Below, in pieces: positions 46,534 through 55,777 of a stretch of DNA of 64,000 nucleotides (the stretch's first letter is position 1; each line of letters starts with the position of its first letter). The position numbers were made by a program, and so were the translations under genes. The notes beneath the pieces were generated by a model, which saw nothing but the letters and a program-made list of their open reading frames with translations, was not told the origin of the DNA and made no database searches. Origin of the DNA: a virus; the IMG/VR virus record IMGVR_UViG_3300034060_000856, positions 34,694-98,693 of that record, one strand, 5' to 3'.

Positions 46534-47265
46534 ATGGATAATGAATTATTAAAAAGTTTTGAACCCCAAACAAAGTTAAATACAAAAGTTTGGGAGGGTA
46601 GTAGTGGGTCTCCTAAAATGAAATCAGAAATTAGGGATGGCTTACTCCAGATCGCTTATGAATTTATTGAGTTTCTTGATGTGGACATTGTTGTGACCGA
46701 TATAATCCTTACAGGATCATTATCAAATTACAATTGGTCCAAATATTCCGACTTTGATTTACACATTGTTGCAAATTTTGAACAATATAATCAAAACCAA
46801 GTTAAGTTATATGAAACATTATTTAATCTTAAAAAAATGTTGTTTAATCAAAAACACGACATTACAATTAAAGGTTATGAAGTTGAGTTATATGTACAAA
46901 ACGAAACTGAATCACATTTTTCTACCGGTGTTTATTCTGTGCTTTTTGATGAATGGTCTAATGTCCCTAAAAGAGAAAAAGTAAGTGTTGATAAAGAGTT
47001 GTTAAAAGAAAAATCTAAACAATGGATGAACATTATAGACAACCTTATAGAGACAATTAAAGATGATGATGTTAGAACCGCTAAAGAACTAGTACAAAAA
47101 TATAAGGACAAATTGAAAAAGTTTAGGTCTTGTGGTTTAGAAAAAGATGGTGAGTATTCTACTGAAAATTTGGTGTTTAAAATTTTAAGAAGAAACGGTT
47201 ATATAGAAAAACTAAATGATTTATCTACAAAAATTATTGATAAGAAATTGTCAATGAACCAATAA
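46534..47265 (+). CDS. Pol-beta-superfamily nucleotidyltransferase
   Basis: LTGSLSNYNWSKYSDFDLH (GS...DxD), VELYVQ. Confidence 0.75.
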   Translation: MDNELLKSFEPQTKLNTKVWEGSSGSPKMKSEIRDGLLQIAYEFIEFLDVDIVVTDIILTGSLSNYNWSKYSDFDLHIVANFEQYNQNQVKLYETLFNLKKMLFNQKHDITIKGYEVELYVQNETESHFSTGVYSVLFDEWSNVPKREKVSVDKELLKEKSKQWMNIIDNLIETIKDDDVRTAKELVQKYKDKLKKFRSCGLEKDGEYSTENLVFKILRRNGYIEKLNDLSTKIIDKKLSMNQ

Positions 47266-47340
47266 TTTGTAAAAAAATAAAATAATCTTAATATTTGATA
47301 TATTTATTAAGAAAAAATAATTTATTCAAAAAAATATACT

Positions 47341-48927
47341 ATGGGAGGACTTAAACCTATTGGAAGTGAAAAATTACAAGGCATGGACAAAATCCGTAGA
47401 ATTATGGAAATTGCCAGATACAATGAAATTTTACCTAACTCAATCAATGAAAATGAAAAAAATGAATATTCGTTAGATTTAGCGGATGGAAATACATATC
47501 ACATTGTTAAAGAAAGATTGGGATACATAATCAAAAAAGGGCTTAATGAGTCTACAACTGACTACATTGATCCTATGAAAAATAGAAAATATTTTCCATC
47601 TTACTCACAAGCACTGAAAAAGCTAAATTTGATGGCAAAAGAATTTAACGTTTTATATGAAAACGTAGAGGGGACTTCGTTATTTAACGAAGAAAAAAAA
47701 AAGTATAAACTAAAATTAGGATCATCTAAAAAGAGTTCAACACCAACATCTACTGACGCTGTTGGTGGTCTAGGTATTAGTGCTCCCGCACCAGTACCAG
47801 CACCTATTACACCGGCGCCGGCCTCAACACCTATGACTCCGCCAATGGATATGGGTGGAGAAAACAAACCAACAGATTTAGCATCAACACCATCTACTAG
47901 TGGTGATTTGTCAGTTCCAGATTCTGAAGAACCAACTGATGATTTATCAACACCACCTATGGATGATACCTCTATGGGTGAAAAACCAATGGATAGTGAG
48001 GAAGAACCAATGGACACAGAAGAAGAGCCAATGGATAATGAAGAAGAACCAGAAGATAATGAAGAAGAACCAGAAGATAAAGAATCTAAAGGTGGTTCAT
48101 CATTTAAATTTATACAAAAACTTACCGGTAAATTAGCACAAAAAATCAGAACATATTCTGAAGATAGTGAAATTGACAGTAAAGATGCGAAATATATTCT
48201 TAATTCTATTTTATCCGCAATTGATGTTGATAGTTTAGATGAAGATGATGTTGATGACATTATCGCACGTTTAGAAGGTGAAGACGAAGATGAAGATGAA
48301 AATATGGACACTGATACTATGGACGACGAAGAAGAACCAATAGATAATGAAGAAGAGTCAATTGATAATGAAGAAGAATCGTCTATAGGATCGGAAGAAA
48401 GTGTAAGCCCTATGAGAGGTATGAGAAAACCACCAATGAAAAAAACGTCAGCACCACCAATGGGTGAAATAGGTGAGACTATGAGTTTACCGGACGCAAT
48501 TAATAAAAGTGTTGGTATTAGGTATAATTCGGCTATTCAAGATGAGTTGGGTGAGGATTTAGAAAATGAGTATCCAAAACACGGATCAAGGTTTGAAAGA
48601 AAACCAAGATTTTATGATGATTTTGAGATGTTCGGTGAATCAAAAGTAGATAAAATTATTTCAAAATATTTTGAGGTTTCAAGTGAACAAGTAATTGCAG
48701 AAGAAAGAAAAAAAATAAGTTTGTTAGAACAAAAAGAAAAAAATGTTTATAAAACAAATAGTAATATTAGAAAACTTTCTGAAACTATCAAACAAGAAAA
48801 GTCCGCGCTTAAATTTATGGAAAAATACCCCAATTCAAAATTATTAGGAAAAACAAATAAAGGTAATTTGGTTTTTGAAGAAGGGTTTGTTAACACAAAA
48901 ATTACAACAAACGGTACTGTAATATGA
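47341..48927 (+). CDS. acidic low-complexity protein (putative head/core protein)
   Basis: D/E/P-rich repeats (EEEPMD); TATTTAT upstream. Confidence 0.6.
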   Translation: MGGLKPIGSEKLQGMDKIRRIMEIARYNEILPNSINENEKNEYSLDLADGNTYHIVKERLGYIIKKGLNESTTDYIDPMKNRKYFPSYSQALKKLNLMAKEFNVLYENVEGTSLFNEEKKKYKLKLGSSKKSSTPTSTDAVGGLGISAPAPVPAPITPAPASTPMTPPMDMGGENKPTDLASTPSTSGDLSVPDSEEPTDDLSTPPMDDTSMGEKPMDSEEEPMDTEEEPMDNEEEPEDNEEEPEDKESKGGSSFKFIQKLTGKLAQKIRTYSEDSEIDSKDAKYILNSILSAIDVDSLDEDDVDDIIARLEGEDEDEDENMDTDTMDDEEEPIDNEEESIDNEEESSIGSEESVSPMRGMRKPPMKKTSAPPMGEIGETMSLPDAINKSVGIRYNSAIQDELGEDLENEYPKHGSRFERKPRFYDDFEMFGESKVDKIISKYFEVSSEQVIAEERKKISLLEQKEKNVYKTNSNIRKLSETIKQEKSALKFMEKYPNSKLLGKTNKGNLVFEEGFVNTKITTNGTVI

Positions 48928-49331
48928 GTTATTTGATATATATAAATGGGTTAGGATCTAATTATAGGGGTGAAAACATTTATGAGTTTATTTTTACGGA
49001 TTCTATGGATGAGGTTTGGGGTGAGAATTGGGAAGCAAGGCCAGCTAATGGATACCCAAGTCCACCTGACATAGAACATATTAAAAAAGTAGGAACATTA
49101 ACACACGAAACTGTAACATTAGAACTTGTACAAAATTCTGATGTTTTTTCGGTTCAAGATTCAATTGATGGTGTTATCGCTTTAGGTTGGGAAAAAGAAG
49201 ATGAAATAGATTTTTCATTAGTCAAAAGATTGGTTTTTAAATATGGAGACCAAGAACAAGATGTTAAAGATAAATTATACGAGAGAGACCTCGTATTACA
49301 ATTTGAAAAAAAGGTAGTGTATGAAAACTAA
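48924..49331 (+). CDS. hypothetical protein
   Basis: ORF coupled to neighbours. Confidence 0.6.
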   Translation: MSYLIYINGLGSNYRGENIYEFIFTDSMDEVWGENWEARPANGYPSPPDIEHIKKVGTLTHETVTLELVQNSDVFSVQDSIDGVIALGWEKEDEIDFSLVKRLVFKYGDQEQDVKDKLYERDLVLQFEKKVVYEN

Positions 49332-50517
49332 AAAAAATGTTGGGGTATTATTAGAAAATGGGATTCATTTTAATACTGTTATGAGCTTGAGTGATAAACA
49401 AGTAGGTGTTTTAGCTGAAAGATTTTTTAAATCTAAACCTATGGGTGATGTTGAGCAAGCAAAAAAAGATTCATTACAGGGTATGAGGGCTTTTATTGAT
49501 AATAATATGAGTTTAGCAGATCCTGCTAATAAACTATCTGATAATCAAGTATTAGATTTGATTAAAGGGGCTGCTCGTTGGGCAAAATCACCTAATGGTT
49601 CTAAATTTAATAAAATGGCGGCTGAAATATATAGAATAGCAAAACCGTTATTTGAAGGCAGTAAAGGAGAAACCAACGAGGTACAAACTTATAGCACACA
49701 AACTAAAGTTTTTAATCCGACATCATCAACAGATAAAGGTGAATTTGATAAAGTAGTAAATAACAGTCCAGATCCTAAACAAATTACAATGACAAAAAAT
49801 AATCAAGTTGCCGTAACAACTGGAAATGTACCAAATTTAGAAGAAGACGTTGTTAGTGAAAGATTTGAATCAGAGGCACAACAAGGGTTCTTCTGGGCTA
49901 AATGTAATACAAGTAAGGGTGTTAAAAAGAAAAAATGGTGTGAAATGGCAAGAAAGTTTTCTGATGAAACATCAAAAAAACAATATAAAAAAATGCCAGA
50001 AAAAAAAGAAACTGACGAAAATTATGAAAAGTTTTTAGAAGAGCGGATATTTGAAATGATAGAAAGACACGTAGAGCCCTCAATGACAAAACGTGACTTT
50101 ATAAAGTCTATCCAAGAAAAAAAGAATGGTTCAGAAAATTTTATGTTGGAAAACCCAAAAAAAAATAGTATGTTTGCACAAGATGAAGGTCTAGAGATGA
50201 AAAGACCAATTGGTAAACTATATTCAAAAGAGATGAAAGAAAATACAAAAGAAAAAGAAAGAACAACAACAAAACCTGGTATTAAAACACCAACCAGAAG
50301 AAAAAATCCACATAAGGATCCAGCACCGGGTGTTGAGGAACAACCAAAAGCAAAAGGTGGTGAAAAAGAAGCACCGTCTAAACCAGGAATTAAAACACCT
50401 ACAAGAAGAAAAAATCCACACAGAGATCCGGCTCCGGGAGTTAAAGAACAACCAAAAGCTGAAAACCAAAAAAATGACTTTATGTCGGCAATAACATCAA
50501 TATTAAACAACGCATAA
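49321..50517 (+). CDS. hypothetical protein with duplicated KPGIKTPTRRKNPHxDPAPGVxEQPKA motif
   Basis: Two 27-aa near-identical repeats near the C-terminus. Confidence 0.6.
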   Translation: MKTKKNVGVLLENGIHFNTVMSLSDKQVGVLAERFFKSKPMGDVEQAKKDSLQGMRAFIDNNMSLADPANKLSDNQVLDLIKGAARWAKSPNGSKFNKMAAEIYRIAKPLFEGSKGETNEVQTYSTQTKVFNPTSSTDKGEFDKVVNNSPDPKQITMTKNNQVAVTTGNVPNLEEDVVSERFESEAQQGFFWAKCNTSKGVKKKKWCEMARKFSDETSKKQYKKMPEKKETDENYEKFLEERIFEMIERHVEPSMTKRDFIKSIQEKKNGSENFMLENPKKNSMFAQDEGLEMKRPIGKLYSKEMKENTKEKERTTTKPGIKTPTRRKNPHKDPAPGVEEQPKAKGGEKEAPSKPGIKTPTRRKNPHRDPAPGVKEQPKAENQKNDFMSAITSILNNA

Positions 50518-50519
50518 AA

Positions 50520-51902
50520 ATGGGAAATAGAGGAGAATTAGAAAAACTTATAAGAAAAATTGTAAATGAAGCGCCAGTTGATTATGGTGATTATCCAGAA
50601 AGAATGGACCCACGAACTCAACAAAAAATTGAAGATCCAGAAGGTATATATTCCAAAAACAGAGCGTTTAAAGGTGGTGTTTCAGATGTAGAAAGATTGA
50701 CAGGTTCTAGATTCAAAGAAATTGTAGATTACGTAAAAAGATATTTTAGTACTGATATGAATATTTCAGATCCTCAAGTTAAAAGAGCAATTCAAATGGA
50801 ACAAATGTTGTCTGTAAGACAAGCAATGCAAATTGAGCCTAGATATAGAGAGCAATTAAGGGATTTAGCCGTAGAGATTGCCGCTAAAGAAGAAGGTTGG
50901 TTAGATAGTAGTATGACAATGGAACAAGCTGTTGAGCAAGGGTTAATTGTTAAAGTTAGAAAAGAAGGTGGTATTGTCTATGAATTTGATTTTGTCAATA
51001 TGCTAACTTTCTTGGGTGAACAAAGAATTGATCCAGCGATATTCCAAATGAAACCACAAAAAGCCGAAAAACTACCATTACCTCCAAATTTTTCATTTGA
51101 TGTTGATGAATTAACACCAGATGAACAAAAACAACTAGAGATTGAGAAACGAAACGTGATCAATGCTATTATAATGGGTAAGGGAAAACGTGGTCAGTTT
51201 GCTTTTCAAATGTATAAAGATAGATTAGATGCTATTGATCCAGGACTATACGTTTTGTACAATAAAATTATGGGTGCAAATGACTTGATGTATTTTACTA
51301 GTGAAGATTTAATTGAGGCTCTTGGTGGAAATGCGGCAGGTGCTGCAGGTAAAATGCAACAAAGTGGTGATGATGAAGAAGATGACGATGATGACCAAGG
51401 TGGTGAAGAACAAGATGAAAATGACACATATTATGCAAATGGTGTTATTTTTCCAATCTTACTTCACGAGTTATTCAAATCATTCTCAATCATTTCATCT
51501 AGACATCAATGGAAAGATATGGATCCGGAAATGGCAAGACAAGTAATGGGTCAAACCGATACAATGGAAAACGAACCAATGAATTTTCGTGTAGGTGCAG
51601 AACTTGTTAGAAAATTAAGAAGACTTTTACCGGACGAATTAACAGTTGATGTTGAAGGAAAAAAATATGTTCCTTACTTTGAGCAATTACTTTATAGTAT
51701 ACCGGCTCAAGAATTTCTTAAAGATGTTATTGCAAACGTTGTTTCTGATGATAAGTCAGATAATGAAAAAGCACAAAAAAGATTTAGAGAGTTATTACAA
51801 CAAGCAAAGTCTTTATATCAAAAATATCAAAGTGATGACGATGATGATGACTATGAAGATGACGAAGAAGACGATGATATCCTTACAAGACTAGGTTTAT
51901 AA
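50520..51902 (+). CDS. conserved large-phage protein with leader
   Basis: LEKLIRKIVNE; FPILLHELFK. Confidence 0.6.
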   Translation: MGNRGELEKLIRKIVNEAPVDYGDYPERMDPRTQQKIEDPEGIYSKNRAFKGGVSDVERLTGSRFKEIVDYVKRYFSTDMNISDPQVKRAIQMEQMLSVRQAMQIEPRYREQLRDLAVEIAAKEEGWLDSSMTMEQAVEQGLIVKVRKEGGIVYEFDFVNMLTFLGEQRIDPAIFQMKPQKAEKLPLPPNFSFDVDELTPDEQKQLEIEKRNVINAIIMGKGKRGQFAFQMYKDRLDAIDPGLYVLYNKIMGANDLMYFTSEDLIEALGGNAAGAAGKMQQSGDDEEDDDDDQGGEEQDENDTYYANGVIFPILLHELFKSFSIISSRHQWKDMDPEMARQVMGQTDTMENEPMNFRVGAELVRKLRRLLPDELTVDVEGKKYVPYFEQLLYSIPAQEFLKDVIANVVSDDKSDNEKAQKRFRELLQQAKSLYQKYQSDDDDDDYEDDEEDDDILTRLGL

Positions 51903-52047
51903 TTTAAAATAAAATTGTCCTAACCCCCTTTTTTAGTAGAAATATTAGAGAGGGGGTTTTTCTTTTTATAAAAAAAATGAAATAATAGTAATATTACCAA
52001 AATTGTAAATATTTATTAGTAAATAAAAAAATTAAAAACAAAAAACT

Positions 52048-53256
52048 ATGCCTTTAAATGTAGATTTATTAAACACGGGATGTCTTTTAATAAATGGAAG
52101 TCCAATAACAAGTTTATATGAAACTGGTTCTGGATACTGCTCAACGCAAAGAGTTGGTGTTAGTGCTGATGCTAGTGGTGAGTATTCAACCGTAGGTGGC
52201 GGATTTAAAAACACATCAAGTGGTTATAGTTCATTTGTTGGTGGTGGTCGTAATAACACATCAAGTGGTTGTTATTCTTTTGTTGGTGGCGGTAGAAATA
52301 ATAACGCAAAATTAGATTATTCAACCGTAGGTGGTGGATGTAGAAACACAATAGATACAATTACAACACAGAGTGGGTATTATGTTTACGCCTCAACAAT
52401 TGGTGGTGGTTCTTGTAATACAATATCATCTTACAGTGCGGATTATGATTCTTACGGTAATACAATTGCCGGAGGAACTTCTAATGTAACTGTTTCATCA
52501 TATTATAATGGACAAACAATTGGTGGTGGAATACAAAACACAACAAGTGGAAATTACTCAACCATAAGTGGTGGATTATATAACACATCAAGTGCTTATT
52601 TTTCAACCGTAAGTGGTGGATTTTGTAACACATCAAGTTGTTATTATTCAACCGTTGGTGGTGGAAGGCAAAACAAATCAAGTAGTGATTCTTCAACCGT
52701 AAGTGGTGGATTATGTAACACATCAAGTGGACGTTATTCAAATGTAGGTGGAGGACGACAAAACACATCAATTGAATGGTATTCAACCGTAAGTGGTGGA
52801 TATTGCAACACAACAAGTGGAAATTATTCAACCGTAAGTGGTGGACGTAGAAACACATCAATTGGACAAAATTCAACCATAAGTGGTGGATTTAATAACG
52901 AATCAAGTTGTAATTTTTCAACCGTAAGTGGTGGTCGTCAAAACACATCAAGTGGTGTCAATTCAACCGTAGGTGGTGGAAGATGTAACACAGCAAGTTG
53001 TTATTATTCAACCGTAAGTGGCGGACGGGAAAACACATCAATAAATGGTTGTTCGGCGATACTTGGAGGACAATACAATACAGCACAACACGATTGTTCA
53101 TTTATTGTTGGTAGTGGAATTTCTAGTACGGCAGCAAATACATTACATATAAATTGTTTAAATATAAAAGATCTACCAAATGAAACCGCAATTGGGTTAC
53201 CTTTAGGTACAGTATTTTATGACTCATCAACTTGTAATTTGTGTGTGTGTTTATAA
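52048..53256 (+). CDS. fibre/adhesin-like protein with 15-aa GG repeats (MPLNVD cassette 1)
   Basis: NTSSxxxSTVSGGxx repeats, Cys-rich. Confidence 0.75.
   Translation: MPLNVDLLNTGCLLINGSPITSLYETGSGYCSTQRVGVSADASGEYSTVGGGFKNTSSGYSSFVGGGRNNTSSGCYSFVGGGRNNNAKLDYSTVGGGCRNTIDTITTQSGYYVYASTIGGGSCNTISSYSADYDSYGNTIAGGTSNVTVSSYYNGQTIGGGIQNTTSGNYSTISGGLYNTSSAYFSTVSGGFCNTSSCYYSTVGGGRQNKSSSDSSTVSGGLCNTSSGRYSNVGGGRQNTSIEWYSTVSGGYCNTTSGNYSTVSGGRRNTSIGQNSTISGGFNNESSCNFSTVSGGRQNTSSGVNSTVGGGRCNTASCYYSTVSGGRENTSINGCSAILGGQYNTAQHDCSFIVGSGISSTAANTLHINCLNIKDLPNETAIGLPLGTVFYDSSTCNLCVCL
52558..53025 (+). repeat. 11 tandem 45-bp coding repeats
   Basis: Core tcaaccgtaagtggtgga recurs every 45 bp (52558, 52603 ... 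53008). Confidence 0.85.
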
Positions 53257-53292
53257 CATAAAAAATAATAAATTAAATAAAAAAAATAAAAA

Positions 53293-53487
53293 ATGGAAAA
53301 CGTAGAAAAAAAAGTATTGTTCAAATATGATGAACCAGTTACAATTGGTGAACATAAAGTAAAAGCAATTAGACAAGTCCCAAGAGGAATTAGATTCAGA
53401 ACTGAAAATGGGCCAGTCCTTAAAGAGGTTGAAACAAAAGAAACTTGGACTGAAGAAGAATTACACGAATTAATAAATAAAAAATAA
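53293..53487 (+). CDS. 64-aa protein following fibre gene (putative chaperone/cap), copy 1
   Basis: MENVEKKVLFKYDEP...KETWTEEELHEL. Confidence 0.7.
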   Translation: MENVEKKVLFKYDEPVTIGEHKVKAIRQVPRGIRFRTENGPVLKEVETKETWTEEELHELINKK

Positions 53488-53510
53488 ACAAAAATTAAAA
53501 ACAAAAAATT

Positions 53511-54626
53511 ATGCCTTTAAATGTTGATAGAATAAACGCAGGTTCAATATTGATTAACGGAAGTCCAATATTAAACCTTTATGAAACTGGTTCTGGGTAT
53601 TGCTCAACAGTTAGATCTGGAATTAATAGTATTGTTTCTGGTGATTGTTCAGTAATTGCTGGTGGATACTATAATACAATAATTGAAATTAGTTGTGCTT
53701 CAACAATTAGTGGAGGTAGACGTAATACAACTGTGGGTAGGTTTTCAACAATTGGCGGTGGATGTGATAACCAATCTGGTACGGAGGGATTTGTAGATGG
53801 ATGGAATAATGTTATTTATGGTGGAACTTTAAATAATCTTGTTTGGGAAGGTCCATTTTCACCATCTAGTGGGTCAACATTAAGTGGATACGGTGCTGAG
53901 TTTAGCTTCTATTTTAATGGTATGGGTTCTGTTTCGTTAGACATTATTAACAGAGGTTTTGGATATAAAAACGGTGATGTATTATTATTTAATGGTAATT
54001 TATTTTCTGGTGGTGCGACTCCTACAGATAATGTAACATTTAGTGTTTATGTAAGTAATAATGGTTATGCAACCGTAGGTGGTGGTAAAGAAAATACCGC
54101 ATCTGGAGAATACTCAACAATTAGTGGTGGTTATGAAAATACCGCATCGGGTTATGCGTCAACAGTTTCTGGTGGATACCAAAACGAAACGCGTTGTAGT
54201 TACTCAACTGTAAGTGGTGGGTATCAAAACACAGTGTTAGGTCGTTCATCAACAATTTCTGGTGGGTATGATAATACAGTATCCGGTTATTACTCAATAA
54301 TTAATGGTGGTTGTAGAAATACAATAAGTGGAACTTATTCAACAATAAGTGGTGGTTATGATAATACAGCTTTAGGTGATCGTTCAATAATTAATGGTGG
54401 GGGTAATAATACTGTTGCTAATACTAGTAATAATTCATCAATACTTGGTGGGTTTAGTAATGTTGTTACAAATGCTAACGCACACGTAATAGGTTCTGGA
54501 ATATCAAGTACTGCTGATGACACTTTACATATAAACTCTTTACACTTTAGTAATATACCAACATCGTCAGCTGGTTTAGCAACTGGTATGGTGTGGAGTG
54601 ATTCTGGAATGTTATGTATTGTATAA
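53511..54626 (+). CDS. fibre/adhesin-like protein (MPLNVD cassette 2)
   Basis: STISGGxxN repeats interrupted by an inserted beta domain. Confidence 0.75.
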   Translation: MPLNVDRINAGSILINGSPILNLYETGSGYCSTVRSGINSIVSGDCSVIAGGYYNTIIEISCASTISGGRRNTTVGRFSTIGGGCDNQSGTEGFVDGWNNVIYGGTLNNLVWEGPFSPSSGSTLSGYGAEFSFYFNGMGSVSLDIINRGFGYKNGDVLLFNGNLFSGGATPTDNVTFSVYVSNNGYATVGGGKENTASGEYSTISGGYENTASGYASTVSGGYQNETRCSYSTVSGGYQNTVLGRSSTISGGYDNTVSGYYSIINGGCRNTISGTYSTISGGYDNTALGDRSIINGGGNNTVANTSNNSSILGGFSNVVTNANAHVIGSGISSTADDTLHINSLHFSNIPTSSAGLATGMVWSDSGMLCIV

Positions 54627-54647
54627 ATTAAATAAAAAATAAAAAAA

Positions 54648-54842
54648 ATGGAAAACGTAGAAAGAAAAGTATTATTCACTTATGAAGAACCGATTACAAT
54701 TGGTGAAAATAAAGTAAAAAAAATTAAACAAACACCAAAAGGGATTAAATTTAAAACTGAAGACGGTCCCGTATTGGTAGAGGTTGAAGCAAAAGAAACT
54801 TGGACTGAAGAAGAATTACACGAATTATTAAACAATAAATAG
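54648..54842 (+). CDS. 64-aa protein, copy 2
   Basis: Close paralog of 53293..53487. Confidence 0.7.
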   Translation: MENVERKVLFTYEEPITIGENKVKKIKQTPKGIKFKTEDGPVLVEVEAKETWTEEELHELLNNK

Positions 54843-54866
54843 ACAAATAAAAAAAAACAAAAAATT

Positions 54867-55232
54867 ATGCCTTTAAATGTAGATTTAATAAACACAGGAG
54901 CCTTGTATATTGATGGGACTGAAGTTGGCGGTACTGTAATTGATAATGAAGGAAATGCGATTATTGCAAATACTTCAGATAATTTAGTAAATGTTGCTAG
55001 TGGTGCAACGCATCAAATTCCTTTATTTTCTGGTCTATTATTAGTAAACGACCACGATTTGGGTCTTGTCGAATTATGGCTTGCCGGTGGTGGGAATAGT
55101 CAACTAGTAAACTCAACTGATTCAACTAATAGTACACTAGAACAAAATGGATTGGGTTATGAATGGACAAATGTTGATGGTTTAGGTGGTCCTTTTACTT
55201 TCACAGTTATCAAAACAAGAAATGAAGCGTAA
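54867..55232 (+). CDS. short MPLNVD cassette 3 protein
   Basis: Shared N-terminus, unrelated C-terminal domain. Confidence 0.65.
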   Translation: MPLNVDLINTGALYIDGTEVGGTVIDNEGNAIIANTSDNLVNVASGATHQIPLFSGLLLVNDHDLGLVELWLAGGGNSQLVNSTDSTNSTLEQNGLGYEWTNVDGLGGPFTFTVIKTRNEA

Positions 55233-55258
55233 ATAAACAAATAAAAAAACAAAAAATT

Positions 55259-55702
55259 ATGCCATTAAATGTAGATAAAATCTCAACTGGTTCGCTGGTT
55301 GTAAACGGAACTGAAATAAATAACGGTACCGCACATTATGAATTAGACTTTGACCAAACCAGTTTTTTAACAGTAAACACAACAAAAGGTATTATTGACA
55401 TTCTTGGTATGGGTACAGGTGCTTTATACACACCAGCACCAGCTTTTAGTTCTACTACTGCTTTTTATATTAATAATCCAGATCTTGATCTTACGGTTGG
55501 TAATAGAGAAAACATATACATGCAGTATTCTGTGTATTATTCAAGAACTACTTCAGATAATACAATTCCATATGTAATATCAACAGGTGTTCTTGCAAAT
55601 GGAATAGAGTTTAGTCTGTATAATGCAAACCCAGCTACTGCCGGAGTTAATAACTGGGATGGTGCTTTGTATGTATATTATGAGTTATATACTCTTAATT
55701 AA
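55259..55702 (+). CDS. short MPLNVD cassette 4 protein
   Basis: Shared N-terminus, unrelated C-terminal domain. Confidence 0.65.
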   Translation: MPLNVDKISTGSLVVNGTEINNGTAHYELDFDQTSFLTVNTTKGIIDILGMGTGALYTPAPAFSSTTAFYINNPDLDLTVGNRENIYMQYSVYYSRTTSDNTIPYVISTGVLANGIEFSLYNANPATAGVNNWDGALYVYYELYTLN

Positions 55703-55720
55703 TTAAAAACAAATTTTTAT

Positions 55721-55754
55721 AAAACCCCCATTTTAGAAATAATTTGGGGGTTTT
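55721..55754 (+). terminator. intrinsic terminator
   Basis: aaaaccccca...tgggggtttt. Confidence 0.65.
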
Positions 55755-55777
55755 GATATTTATATAGAAATATCTTT

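Noticed and set aside
52558-53025. Regularly spaced repeats resembling a CRISPR array
   Set aside because: The 45-bp period is in frame inside a CDS (15-aa repeat); there are no unique spacers or cas genes.
33991-55702. Diversity-generating retroelement acting on fibre genes
   Set aside because: No reverse transcriptase in the window and no template/variable repeat pair differing only at adenines was seen.
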